IMG/VR virus record: IMGVR_UViG_3300031629_000011
Coordinates: 1 to 42,579 of that record
DNA from: a virus
Lineage: Duplodnaviria > Caudoviricetes
Length of the DNA: 42,579 nt
Reading direction: 5' to 3' (one strand)
Numbering within the stretch: position 1 is the stretch's first letter; each line of letters begins with the position of its first letter. Positions 27,200-36,453 of this stretch are shown here, piece by piece. The notes under the pieces were generated by a model. The model made no database searches, had not been told where the DNA came from, and saw only the letters and a program-made list of their open reading frames with translations. A program made the translations under genes and the position numbers.

Positions 27200-29832
27200 T
27201 CCTTGACCTCGTCTTCAGTCAGCACACCGTAGCTCATCCCCAGTAGGACAGCGGGCCCGGTGACCTCAATACAGATCCTCGGGTCGACGTCGTCGTTACC
27301 GTTGAACTCGAAAGGGTGCTCGTCATATTCTGCTATCACGGCAGTGGTGTCGACGAGCTTACCGAACTCAATCAGCGGCATGTCCTCCAACAGGGTGAAG
27401 TCTGGACCCACTCGGACAGAACCCGGCCAGTAGTCTTCCATCACCATGTTCAAGTCGACCACTCGCTTGAGCATCCCGACAACTCGCGTGATACCTGATG
27501 TCGTAGCCATGTACTGGCTAATTTTATTTGATTTGTAGCGGGCAACGTAGGGTAGCCCAACGGTCGCCGTTGTGTATGTGGTCGTGACATTGATCGAGCC
27601 CGCAGCCACAGTGAACGTGCCGCGGTCCTGACCATCAGCCCACACACCGACCGTCTCACCATTGAGGTGATCCAACCCAGTCAACACACCGCTTCCGGGG
27701 CTGGAGTACAACACCGAACTGTCGAAGTGCTCTGTGACCATGTCGGCAAGCCTTGAGAAACGCTCGAGATTTAATACCCCATTCCTTTCGATCGAGATGT
27801 AGACAACGTCCTCTTTCAGACCCGGGAGCACAATCACATCTTTGATTAACCCATTCATTGTGATACGAGACCACGCAACCACATCTTCAGCGGGATCCTG
27901 CAGGTGAACACGCATGGTACCATCAGCCAGAACGACGTAGACACGGGTCTCAGGCTGTCTGGATGCCGCCATACGAACGATGCCCGGGCTGCATATGCTC
28001 GGGTTCAATGTCATCATGTCGGTGTTACCATGATTGTCTGTGTCGAGACTGTACGCCGCATCCATGATCTTGACGCCAGAACGCTGTACAAACAGCAGTG
28101 AGTCATCGACCTTGAGCGGTTCAATTGCAGCGACACCTTGTGTGCTGCCAGATTTCAGGTTGCAGTTGGACTCTGAGAGCACCTCACCGAAGCTGCTGGA
28201 ACGGACTGTGATCTCGTCACTAGCAAGCCCGACCATGAGTCGGGCAGATGCGGCAATCCAATCCACACGGTCGACAGGACCGAACCCGATGGTGCGACGG
28301 ATAGGCGCGCTGTCGCCCTCCAGCTCATCATCGAACGACGCATACTCGTCACTGACCGATCCCCATAATTTAACCAGTCCGGCCCACCACAGTCTACCCT
28401 CGTAAAGAGCGACCGCTGTCGGAAACTTACCGTCCTTGCCCCACTCCCCAATCGACCAGTCCTTGGTGGCTACAGTCTCGCCAAAGTTCTTGAGGATCTG
28501 CGCGCCGACACTGGTGGAGCTATTGAAGTTTGTAATGCGGGCAATGCCGTCCTTGCTACCATTCTCATAGTTGAGAGAGGCGCTGACGGAGCCAGATGTA
28601 TAGTCACCAACCTTGATCCAGAGACGATAGTACAGGATGGCGTTATCCAGCTTGTCGTTGTAGAACTTATTCTTGTTACCACTGTAAGACTCCACATCCT
28701 GCCACGACTTGTCGTCAGTGCTGCGCTGGAGTGTGAGAGTACCTGCCAAATTTCCAGTTGTCTCTATCTTGAACCTCCGAACCGGGGACTCAACCCCCGT
28801 CACGCGGATGCTGTCAGTCCCAGTATCCTCAGCGGTTAGTACGGTCTCAACTCGTTGACTGGCGCTGGTCAGCGTGATGATGCGACCCACATCAGTTAAC
28901 TTAAAGTAATCATCGCTGGCTGTGATATCCCCATTGCCCTCGAGATTAGAAATCGTCATTGTGGTGTCGGTGTTGTTAATCAAATCAAACGGGCCATCGT
29001 CCATACGAAAGTCCACAATGCTCCACGACTTCTTACCCCTACGCTCCACCTTGAACTGCGGGGTGCTGGAGGTTGCGAAAAATATCACGTCGGCGGATTG
29101 AGCCCATCGAATGCTGCCCAACTCACTGATATCGGAGGGGGTGGCCAGCTCGAGTACAGCGCCATCACCTTGACGGACGTACAGGACCCTGCCCCGGTAA
29201 TTATTGCTGTTCACCAGAGTTATGGTTGGGGTGTTCCCAACGGGGGTGAATACCAGTTGGTGAATACCCGGCTCGAGGGTCACCTTCAATATGTCAAAGC
29301 TGTTTGCGCCGGACTCACCCACCCGGATCTCGAGGGGTGCCTGCTCAATCTCAATGAGCACACTGTGCTCGACGCCAGCGCCCGTGCCGGCGAATGTCTG
29401 CCAGAGCTTGGCGCTGGTATCCCGGGCACCATATAGATCGGCTGTGCCGCTGGACCCCCATGATGTACTAGAACCAACACCCGAGTCATCCGTCCAACTC
29501 GTGAGGTTGCTGGTAAATTCTTGGTTTGCGAGAGTCAACGTGCCCTGAGGCTTGATCACCAAGGCGTCGTCCACCCACAGGCGGGCGTGGTCATCCGCGA
29601 GGGCAATGATGGCGGTGTCGTCGGTCCTTGCTACGAAAGGAACGTGGTACGTAGCGTTGGAAAATGTGGAGATGAAACGGGTACCCGACCGGTATTGGGT
29701 GGGTCCTAGTCGCTGAGGCAGTAGGTTCTCGGATAACGAGCAGGAGTTGTTGACCTTCTCGACGTCATCACGCAGCAGGGCCTTACTGTCCAGCTCCCCT
29801 CGGTTGAACTTGTTGTACACACCGCGTCGCAT
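27196..29832 (-). CDS. tail tubular protein B / nozzle
   Basis: FNRGEL N-terminus, AQSADVIF, FPTAVALYEGRLWWA, LFVQRSG, VVAWSRI, GLDHLNGETVGVWADG, VGLPY. Confidence 0.9.
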   Translation of the reverse strand: MRRGVYNKFNRGELDSKALLRDDVEKVNNSCSLSENLLPQRLGPTQYRSGTRFISTFSNATYHVPFVARTDDTAIIALADDHARLWVDDALVIKPQGTLTLANQEFTSNLTSWTDDSGVGSSTSWGSSGTADLYGARDTSAKLWQTFAGTGAGVEHSVLIEIEQAPLEIRVGESGANSFDILKVTLEPGIHQLVFTPVGNTPTITLVNSNNYRGRVLYVRQGDGAVLELATPSDISELGSIRWAQSADVIFFATSSTPQFKVERRGKKSWSIVDFRMDDGPFDLINNTDTTMTISNLEGNGDITASDDYFKLTDVGRIITLTSASQRVETVLTAEDTGTDSIRVTGVESPVRRFKIETTGNLAGTLTLQRSTDDKSWQDVESYSGNKNKFYNDKLDNAILYYRLWIKVGDYTSGSVSASLNYENGSKDGIARITNFNSSTSVGAQILKNFGETVATKDWSIGEWGKDGKFPTAVALYEGRLWWAGLVKLWGSVSDEYASFDDELEGDSAPIRRTIGFGPVDRVDWIAASARLMVGLASDEITVRSSSFGEVLSESNCNLKSGSTQGVAAIEPLKVDDSLLFVQRSGVKIMDAAYSLDTDNHGNTDMMTLNPSICSPGIVRMAASRQPETRVYVVLADGTMRVHLQDPAEDVVAWSRITMNGLIKDVIVLPGLKEDVVYISIERNGVLNLERFSRLADMVTEHFDSSVLYSSPGSGVLTGLDHLNGETVGVWADGQDRGTFTVAAGSINVTTTYTTATVGLPYVARYKSNKISQYMATTSGITRVVGMLKRVVDLNMVMEDYWPGSVRVGPDFTLLEDMPLIEFGKLVDTTAVIAEYDEHPFEFNGNDDVDPRICIEVTGPAVLLGMSYGVLTEDEVKE

Positions 29833-31010
29833 TATGGTCTCCCACGGAATCCGCCCCTGAATCGTGACGTGGTCCAGTTGCCCTCAGCTATTGTACGAGG
29901 GGGTGATGCCATAGCGTCGTTGGACATTGCGCTTGATCGGCGGCGTTCATATATTAATTCACTGCGATCTGAGTCTGCCCCTTCGGGACGCAGTGATGCA
30001 CTCGCGTCATGGGCCATTCGAGCAGCCACCATGCGGGTGAAATACCGGGGCCACCTGCTAGGGTTAGTGAGCCACTCATTGCTTACATACGTCAGAAATA
30101 CAAATTGGTAGGGGACATATAGGTAATTACCCTCGTCCTGATACTCGGTGACCGGTGATTGTAGGAACTCATCGGACCACACGCCGTCAATGCGATGCAT
30201 ATCAATAGGCTTCTGGATGGCATATGGGTGGCCAAACGCTGGGGTGACTGACGGATCGAAGAATATTTTTGTTGTATCGAACGCAAACTGCCAGCCGGTG
30301 TCTTCTAGCAGGTCGCTAACCAGACCGGAATCCAGCGCGATGTCTAGCTTACGCCGCCGGTTGCTGTCGTCATTGATGCTTGTCAGCTCATTCAACCCCA
30401 TGCACTGCAGCGCATCATTGTAGATGGCGCGCCATGGTTCGGTCATTGTGCCGGTGGCACCACTGGGTCTTGCACCACCCGGGCCGTCGGTCGCAATGCC
30501 GTCGGTCTCCTTGGATATACCAACCCGCTGCTGGAACTTGAGCTCCAACTTCTCGTGGTCGTCAGGGCTCAGTCGTGTCGCTGTCTGCAGCGCGAGGTAG
30601 CAACCTACTACACTGAAGAATGCTGCGGGCCAAGAGTCGATGCTAGTGGCCAGCGTATTGCTGATATATCGCACCCATATCTCATTGTAATCACATGAAA
30701 TCTTGCCGCCTTCCTTGATGTACCGGGTGACCGGCTGATCGAGGGAGCGGTCGCTGAACACACCGATAATCTCTATCTCATCAGCTGACAGCGTGTGTGC
30801 GAAATTAAACGTGGTGCCGACAGCCGGCGCACTGAGTGCGACAGTCTGACCGGCGAACGATGGCTGTACAAGCTGAAGGCAGTACTCGACCGCCAACCGG
30901 TTGTAGGCGCCATCGAGTCGATAACGTGGCTCCCTGTCCTCTGTGATCGATGCTAGTTGCCGCTGACCTAACAGCAGCAGTGCTTCGTTGTAGAGGTCAA
31001 GGGTATTCAT
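29832..31010 (-). CDS. tail tubular protein A / adaptor, tandem two-domain form
   Basis: LYNEALLLLG...PSFA...WPAAF and IYNDALQCMG...WQFA...WPRYF each resemble a ~190-aa adaptor domain. Confidence 0.82.
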   Translation of the reverse strand: MNTLDLYNEALLLLGQRQLASITEDREPRYRLDGAYNRLAVEYCLQLVQPSFAGQTVALSAPAVGTTFNFAHTLSADEIEIIGVFSDRSLDQPVTRYIKEGGKISCDYNEIWVRYISNTLATSIDSWPAAFFSVVGCYLALQTATRLSPDDHEKLELKFQQRVGISKETDGIATDGPGGARPSGATGTMTEPWRAIYNDALQCMGLNELTSINDDSNRRRKLDIALDSGLVSDLLEDTGWQFAFDTTKIFFDPSVTPAFGHPYAIQKPIDMHRIDGVWSDEFLQSPVTEYQDEGNYLYVPYQFVFLTYVSNEWLTNPSRWPRYFTRMVAARMAHDASASLRPEGADSDRSELIYERRRSSAMSNDAMASPPRTIAEGNWTTSRFRGGFRGRP

Positions 31011-31441
31011 CAGGCGGCCAACGCTCTCGTGTAGTCATCCAATGCTTTATAGGCATCAGTCTTTGTGGGGATCAATTCGATTTTGACCTCAGCGGTACTA
31101 CGCTCGATGATGCACCACTTCTTGATGCCCATCAGCTTGATGAAGTAGGGGGCGTTGTCGGCCTCCTCCTGATCAGCGTCCACAATCTCGAGATCCTTGA
31201 ACATGATCAGCTTCAGGCGCATTCGAGTGCCGGCTGAGTATGTCACCTTGAGCATTGCGGTGTATGAATAATCGTCAGCGTCCACCCATATAATATCGCC
31301 GGGTCGGCACTGCGCTGCCACATGGACCCATCGCTCTGGGTCGCACATATCAAGGGCGGTTACTGACCCAGATGTGATGGCGCAAAATTGTTGGAATCGG
31401 TGCTCTGCCAGCCCGAACTCCGTTGTTTTAATTGGTTGCAT
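31010..31441 (-). CDS. hypothetical protein between cement and adaptor genes
   Basis: Start reassigned to MQPIKTT (RBS GGAGAG, downstream of terminator); TGATG coupling to adaptor. Confidence 0.7.
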   Translation of the reverse strand: MQPIKTTEFGLAEHRFQQFCAITSGSVTALDMCDPERWVHVAAQCRPGDIIWVDADDYSYTAMLKVTYSAGTRMRLKLIMFKDLEIVDADQEEADNAPYFIKLMGIKKWCIIERSTAEVKIELIPTKTDAYKALDDYTRALAA

Positions 31442-31460
31442 ACATACTCTCCAGATATGA

Positions 31461-31488
31461 TAAAAACACACCCCCCGGAGGGGGCATG
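31461..31488 (-). terminator. intrinsic terminator after capsid/cement genes
   Basis: mRNA CAUGCCCCC-UCCG-GGGGGUGUG followed by UUUUU. Confidence 0.75.
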
Positions 31489-31511
31489 CGTGATGGTGCA
31501 GGTACTAATGG

Positions 31512-31796
31512 TTAGTCAGTGTCAGTAGCGACAATGGCTGTTCCATCAGTCAGGTCCACACTTCCATTGGTCGCATGAAGCGATTTCACAATGTAGATGT
31601 GTCCAACAGTACCGCCGGCAAGGTCAGTCTGGAACACAAGGTCCCCTACAGCCATACCGAGGTCCTGACCGTCGGTGATATAACCAGTAACGCGGACAGC
31701 TGTAGCAGCATCAGCGGAGTTGTAAAGCCAAAAGGCTCCACCACCACCGACACGCTGTGTCAACATTGCTGGGGGACTAGCTACGGCATATGCCAT
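31512..31796 (-). CDS. putative capsid cement/decoration protein
   Basis: Small protein directly after the major capsid gene; YNSADA...VTGYIT...VGDL pattern; RBS AAGGGAG. Confidence 0.65.
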   Translation of the reverse strand: MAYAVASPPAMLTQRVGGGGAFWLYNSADAATAVRVTGYITDGQDLGMAVGDLVFQTDLAGGTVGHIYIVKSLHATNGSVDLTDGTAIVATDTD

Positions 31797-31810
31797 GGAA
31801 CTTTACTCCC

Positions 31811-32650
31811 TTAGGAAAGAGCAGAATCGTCGTGGAGCATCTTGATGACGCCACTGTTCTGCAAGAGTTTAGAGCCCATGTAAGTTGAACAACGAGCCCA
31901 AGACTTGTCGTTTTTCTCATCATAGCCCACGAAGGTGCTAACATTTTCAGTATCGCAAGCATGGCCAATGGCCTTCTTGTTATACATGAAGCAGCTCGAA
32001 CTAGCCGTACCACTTCCGGGAAGGCCTGCATCCACAATCCAGTTAACGCCGTACCAGCTGAATGCGCGAGACTTGTTCGCGTTCTCAAAGGGCTTGAGGT
32101 TAATGAAATCGGCGGATGTGAACTCATTGAGTCCCATCAGGTAGCCGTGAAATGCCGGGGTAATCAGAGCGAAGACGTCGTCCTCACCAGTTACTTCGGC
32201 GGCAAAAGCGTTCTGAAGCTTGGTCTTAGCCGTGGTAACCAGCAGCATAGTCGCTACGGCTGCAGCTCCCCATGTGTTGGTGCCAGTAGCCAAGGCATCA
32301 TGGATGTCAGCGTCAATCTTGCGATTGATGACAGCCATTGACGTTTCTTGCATGATGCGACGACCATCACCCTGAGATGCAAACAGGTTGAAGTTCGTGC
32401 GCTCGGGGACGTCGTGCCACTCTTTGAGTGTAGCAACGTACTGGTTGAGGTTATCAGGGCGTGTTGGAATGTCGCCATTGATGCCGCGGGTTACCGCGTT
32501 GGCACCGCCTGAGTCTGCAACGAGGAATGTAGCCTCATTACCATTGACTTCGGTCTCAGTGATAACGGTGTGACGCGAGAGCGCCTGACGTTTCTCGAAA
32601 CCTGCAATGAACTCCTGACGGTACATTTTCTGAAAGGCTGAGTCAGCCAT
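31811..32650 (-). CDS. major capsid protein
   Basis: Position between scaffold region and cement; AFQKMYRQEF start, AVINRKIDADI, HK97-type C-terminal pattern; strong RBS TAGGAG. Confidence 0.85.
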   Translation of the reverse strand: MADSAFQKMYRQEFIAGFEKRQALSRHTVITETEVNGNEATFLVADSGGANAVTRGINGDIPTRPDNLNQYVATLKEWHDVPERTNFNLFASQGDGRRIMQETSMAVINRKIDADIHDALATGTNTWGAAAVATMLLVTTAKTKLQNAFAAEVTGEDDVFALITPAFHGYLMGLNEFTSADFINLKPFENANKSRAFSWYGVNWIVDAGLPGSGTASSSCFMYNKKAIGHACDTENVSTFVGYDEKNDKSWARCSTYMGSKLLQNSGVIKMLHDDSALS

Positions 32651-32781
32651 ATCATGTACTCCTATCGGGTAATGTAATTAAAAAATTTACACTCTCGGAG
32701 TTGGCTGTCAGGTCGGTCTGCAGGTTGGCCACATGGTGTGGGGCTGCTCGTTCACATCGAGGGTCGCTTGGTGGTGTCTAA

Positions 32782-32811
32782 CTTATACGCCCCCTCACAG
32801 GGGCGTGTCAA
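32782..32811 (-). promoter_or_regulatory. sigma70-like promoter for the capsid gene with palindromic spacer
   Basis: TTGACA-N18-TATAAG; spacer holds inverted repeat acgcccc/ggggcgt. Confidence 0.6.
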
Positions 32812-32815
32812 GCAT

Positions 32816-33100
32816 CTATATCTCGGCTTTCACCTTAGACTTACGTTTCACCTTATGCTCGGGCTCATTAATCTCACCCGGGGGTGACATGTCGTACTTC
32901 TCATTAGCCTCCGCTGCGCGCATCAGATAGTGGGCTTGGTTACCCACATAGATCAGATCACCAACCTTCGGCATCTGCTGGCCGATCCACGCTGACCCGA
33001 CAACGACATGGTCGCCATCGTCGGTGATGACAGTGTCGGACCCCTTGAAGTCGGTGATGACCGCGGCCATGATGCCGATGTTGGATATGAAATCTCGCAT
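32816..33100 (-). CDS. hypothetical protein, 94 aa
   Basis: TAATG coupling to scaffold gene; basic C-terminus. Confidence 0.7.
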   Translation of the reverse strand: MRDFISNIGIMAAVITDFKGSDTVITDDGDHVVVGSAWIGQQMPKVGDLIYVGNQAHYLMRAAEANEKYDMSPPGEINEPEHKVKRKSKVKAEI

Positions 33101-34008
33101 TATTCTAACTCCCCATGTGCTTGCTGGGCGCCGTACAGGCGCATTAATTCTTCCTGTGCGGGCTTATCCTTGTGCCACGCAACGCTGTCCTCTCTCATCT
33201 GAGTCTCGAGAGACTTGATGCGATCAGCCGTCGCCTGCACTGGGTTATCAGACCCGGGCATGACAGTGGCCATTGGATTGAGTCGCCGCTGTATGTCGGC
33301 CATGAACACCATCACTTCAGGGCTGTTGAACAACGCACGACCATCAGCCATACGCGCTCCCTCAAAGTCACCGCGCACTGTCTCAGGTAAACCATTGACG
33401 AGCCCTTGAACCATATTACGGTTGCGATCGAAGTCTGACCCCCAAGTCTTGCGGAGGAGAGTCTCGGTCTGTTGCTTATGAATGCCGTCCTGAGACTGCA
33501 GGTCGTCCGCCTCGAGCTCTCGACCCTCAAGGAATGCGTTAACCATGCTCCCCATCACCTCGGTGCTCACGTTGCCGGCGTGGCCTGCAGCATACACCGA
33601 GTCCATGATGGACTTGTCCACATCGCCCAAGACAAGGCCTTCGTTGAGTGTGAGGTCGTAGCCGGTAGACTCGGCAGGTACACCATTGGCAGCCCTCCAG
33701 TCGGTCAGCTGCTCGGGGGTGGCGTCGGCAGCAAGGCCGGTGCTCATCTCACCCGATCGAATCTTGTCCTGCGCGCTGAAATAGTTTGTGGCGAACGTCT
33801 TCATGTCCGATACACGCTCCATCTGGCCAGAGCGTTTAGTCAGCTCCTCACCTTCAAAGCCTGCATTGCTCAGGAAGTCGCTACGCCAACTGTCGCCCAT
33901 ATCGGCGAACATGTTGGTTGCTGCGGGCTCAGATACTACGGGAGCCACGACGGGCTCAGATACTACGGGAGCCACGACGGGTTCGGATACTACTGCTGGT
34001 TCGCTCAT
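33100..34008 (-). CDS. capsid scaffolding/assembly protein
   Basis: Low-complexity N-terminus, GVP...YDL, LRKTWGSDFDRN motif; between portal and capsid. Confidence 0.8.
   Translation of the reverse strand: MSEPAVVSEPVVAPVVSEPVVAPVVSEPAATNMFADMGDSWRSDFLSNAGFEGEELTKRSGQMERVSDMKTFATNYFSAQDKIRSGEMSTGLAADATPEQLTDWRAANGVPAESTGYDLTLNEGLVLGDVDKSIMDSVYAAGHAGNVSTEVMGSMVNAFLEGRELEADDLQSQDGIHKQQTETLLRKTWGSDFDRNRNMVQGLVNGLPETVRGDFEGARMADGRALFNSPEVMVFMADIQRRLNPMATVMPGSDNPVQATADRIKSLETQMREDSVAWHKDKPAQEELMRLYGAQQAHGELE
33924..33993. repeat. 27-bp tandem repeat (~2.6 copies) encoding SEPVVAPVV
   Basis: cgggctcagatactacgggagccacga x2 plus partial third copy. Confidence 0.9.
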
Positions 34009-34265
34009 GATTGGTCTTCCTTCACTGGTTGGTTGATAAACTTCGTTATCTGCTGGCCTACGAATCCGCGGCCCGCTAGAAATGCCGAGGCATCAGCTGC
34101 CCCGGGTACATAGGACATCTCGAATGCCCGGGAAATTTTCTTGATGATGATCTCAAGGGCGAGCATTTGCTGGTCCGGCTCGGCCGTACCGTTAGCCACA
34201 GCTTTGATCGCAATGTGGTCCTGCTTGTTGAGGGGCTCTGTCTCGAGCTCTACATTACGCGGCAT
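34005..34265 (-). CDS. small conserved protein between portal and scaffold (Bbp19-like)
   Basis: AFLAGRGFVGQQI motif and synteny. Confidence 0.65.
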   Translation of the reverse strand: MPRNVELETEPLNKQDHIAIKAVANGTAEPDQQMLALEIIIKKISRAFEMSYVPGAADASAFLAGRGFVGQQITKFINQPVKEDQS

Positions 34266-35841
34266 CGTCGATCTCTACATCGTCGAGCACGCCTGACTCG
34301 GCAAGCTCCTGAGTTTTTTGCTGGAGGCGACCCTCCTGAACCAACCCGGGGTCGTTGAGCCACGCTGCCGGCGCGCCTAAGCCCATTGCGGCGTCTCGTA
34401 GTGCCACATCGAAGTTGATGTTGGCTGTGACACCCGGGTCGTACGGTGCCGCCTGCGACAGCAACTGGGCGAACTGACTGAATCGGGTAGCCTTCTCCTC
34501 TTCCTGAGACTGACTGAGCGGTGACTCGAACTTGAACCGCACCTCAGCTGATGCCAGCGACTCGGGGATGTCATACTCTGAACCGAGGAAACCAGCCTTC
34601 ATGGCCACATCGAATGCGGTCTCACACAGCGCGCCGTTGTACTCAGCCTCTATCGGTGCGAACAGCGGTAGGTTCTCCCGCCTGAATTGCTTCATTCGCT
34701 CACTCACCTCGTAGGCTGTCATGTCCCGGGTGACCTCGGGCAGACTCAGCTTGTTGAGGAAGAATGCGGAGTTGAGGACCTCGACGATACCTTGGCGCAT
34801 GTCGGCACCGATAGGGAATCCACCGCGGTCTTGAGGCAGCGTTCGTAGTGCTGCGCCCATCTTTTCGTCATATTCGTCGTCGACCCAAGTGATTCCATCG
34901 GGTCGCAGGTTGACGTCCCCCCTAATAACTTTCTGGGTGGCGATGATGGGGGGTCTTGCATATCGTTCACCTGCCTCCAGCAGAGTGTGGGTCATGGCCT
35001 GCAGACAGCGCGCATCTGGCAGGCCAACAACGGTTGCCGGGCTATAAGCGTATGGCGAACCACTGATCGTTTGAAAGCGAGGGATTACATACATTAGGTA
35101 GTTCATGGGGGTGACTTCGATGATGTGCTCATTAGTCACATCGACGTAGATACTCACCCACTCAAATTCATTGTTGATGATCTCATCATCCCGGTACATG
35201 TTAGCCGGTATCACCATATGGCGGACGTTGATCTCCTTGAACGGGGTCTTGACCACATCCTCGAGCACTTGCTTGGCCACCTTCTCAGGACCGAAGAAGT
35301 CGACGAGCTGTCGTTGGGTAGGGTTCCACTTGCGTACCACACCACCGATCTGCCCGTTCTCATCGTCGAACCAAGCCACGTCGCGCATGTGCCAGTTGCG
35401 GAACAACATACCTGACGCCTTGCGGTTCAACTCAACGCTGATCACACATTGACCGAACGCAGCATAGTCGTGGTCGCCCTCCTTGGTGGCCCGGACGAAG
35501 TTAGCCTGCCGCTGGTACATCAACTTCTTGAGGTACTTCGATCGACTATCGAGCCACACTTGACCCTCTTGATCGACCTCGGTGTCCACACCTATCTGGA
35601 ACCAGTCGCCATCCCTGAGCATCGCGCTGAATGAGTTACCCAGATCCCGGCGGACCAGTATCGGGTAGCTATCAACCAACGAATCAGCCAACTCCTGCCC
35701 GACATTGCGTGTCTGGGTGAAGTCTGCCCGCTCTGGATAGAAGTGATCGGCGATGGTCTGCCACAATGTCATGACCGGCCAATGCTTCTTGAACACCCGG
35801 TCGGCGAGCATTTTAAGCTCGCTGATGTTTTGTTTAGCCAA
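34255..35841 (-). CDS. portal (head-to-tail connector) protein
   Basis: WQTIADHFYPER, DYAAFG, YAYSPA...LPD, MTAYEVSER, FESPL motifs; start reassigned to TTG at 35841 (RBS GGGAG) because the longer ORF overlaps 35834-36043. Confidence 0.92.
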   Translation of the reverse strand: MAKQNISELKMLADRVFKKHWPVMTLWQTIADHFYPERADFTQTRNVGQELADSLVDSYPILVRRDLGNSFSAMLRDGDWFQIGVDTEVDQEGQVWLDSRSKYLKKLMYQRQANFVRATKEGDHDYAAFGQCVISVELNRKASGMLFRNWHMRDVAWFDDENGQIGGVVRKWNPTQRQLVDFFGPEKVAKQVLEDVVKTPFKEINVRHMVIPANMYRDDEIINNEFEWVSIYVDVTNEHIIEVTPMNYLMYVIPRFQTISGSPYAYSPATVVGLPDARCLQAMTHTLLEAGERYARPPIIATQKVIRGDVNLRPDGITWVDDEYDEKMGAALRTLPQDRGGFPIGADMRQGIVEVLNSAFFLNKLSLPEVTRDMTAYEVSERMKQFRRENLPLFAPIEAEYNGALCETAFDVAMKAGFLGSEYDIPESLASAEVRFKFESPLSQSQEEEKATRFSQFAQLLSQAAPYDPGVTANINFDVALRDAAMGLGAPAAWLNDPGLVQEGRLQQKTQELAESGVLDDVEIDDAA

Positions 35842-36043
35842 TTTTAGAGCTCCCACCTGCCAATACTGTGGATGTACGACCGCTACGCTTCTTACGCTGC
35901 AGCCGGCGACTCTCGGCCTTGGCTGCTTCCTTGGCGTCTGGGTCAGGGGCCGCGTTGGCCTTAGGTAACTTGGGCGTGCTGGGATCCAGATCAATCTTAC
36001 CGAAGGTGGATACTTTGACGAGAGGGGCCAGTATCTTACTCAT
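35834..36043 (-). CDS. small basic virion protein preceding portal
   Basis: Pro/Lys-rich, GRTSTVL C-terminal motif; ATGA overlap. Confidence 0.75.
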   Translation of the reverse strand: MSKILAPLVKVSTFGKIDLDPSTPKLPKANAAPDPDAKEAAKAESRRLQRKKRSGRTSTVLAGGSSKIG

Positions 36044-36237
36044 GTGAGCATGTTCGATTTGACAGCACCCTTCGATGCCTTACCCTCGACCTTACCCATA
36101 TTGGCCTCACTAATGGCCTTGGTCTTTCTTTTCCGGGCCTTGGCAGATTCACCGTAATCAGCAGTGCCACCAAACGCCTTAGCAACCAGCGGTGTGCCTA
36201 AATCGAACTTGTCCAATCCTTTCTTGAGAGCACCCAT
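36040..36237 (-). CDS. small basic protein ending KSNMLT
   Basis: RBS GGAGGA; coupled to neighbours. Confidence 0.7.
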   Translation of the reverse strand: MGALKKGLDKFDLGTPLVAKAFGGTADYGESAKARKRKTKAISEANMGKVEGKASKGAVKSNMLT

Positions 36238-36239
36238 AT

Positions 36240-36422
36240 TTAATCCTCCGTGAGCATGTTAGATCGAGGACGAGGGTTCTTGCGAACCGGGACTGCCTTC
36301 TTACCGAGCGGAGCATCGGCGCTGGTAGTGGCAGTGGGCTTGTCCTTTCTGTCCCCACCACGCCTCTTGTCATTCTTGTCGACGAGCTTACCTATCAAAC
36401 CGTGTTTAAATAACCGTGCCAT
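36240..36422 (-). CDS. small basic protein ending RSNMLTED
   Basis: Start reassigned to MARLFK (RBS GGGAGAG). Confidence 0.68.
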   Translation of the reverse strand: MARLFKHGLIGKLVDKNDKRRGGDRKDKPTATTSADAPLGKKAVPVRKNPRPRSNMLTED

Positions 36423-36453
36423 ATCACACTCTCCCATTCAGTTCCTCGCGATC

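Noticed and set aside
35842-35994. N-terminal extension of the portal ORF
   Set aside because: Overlaps the better-supported 35834-36043 gene; TTG at 35841 has an RBS.
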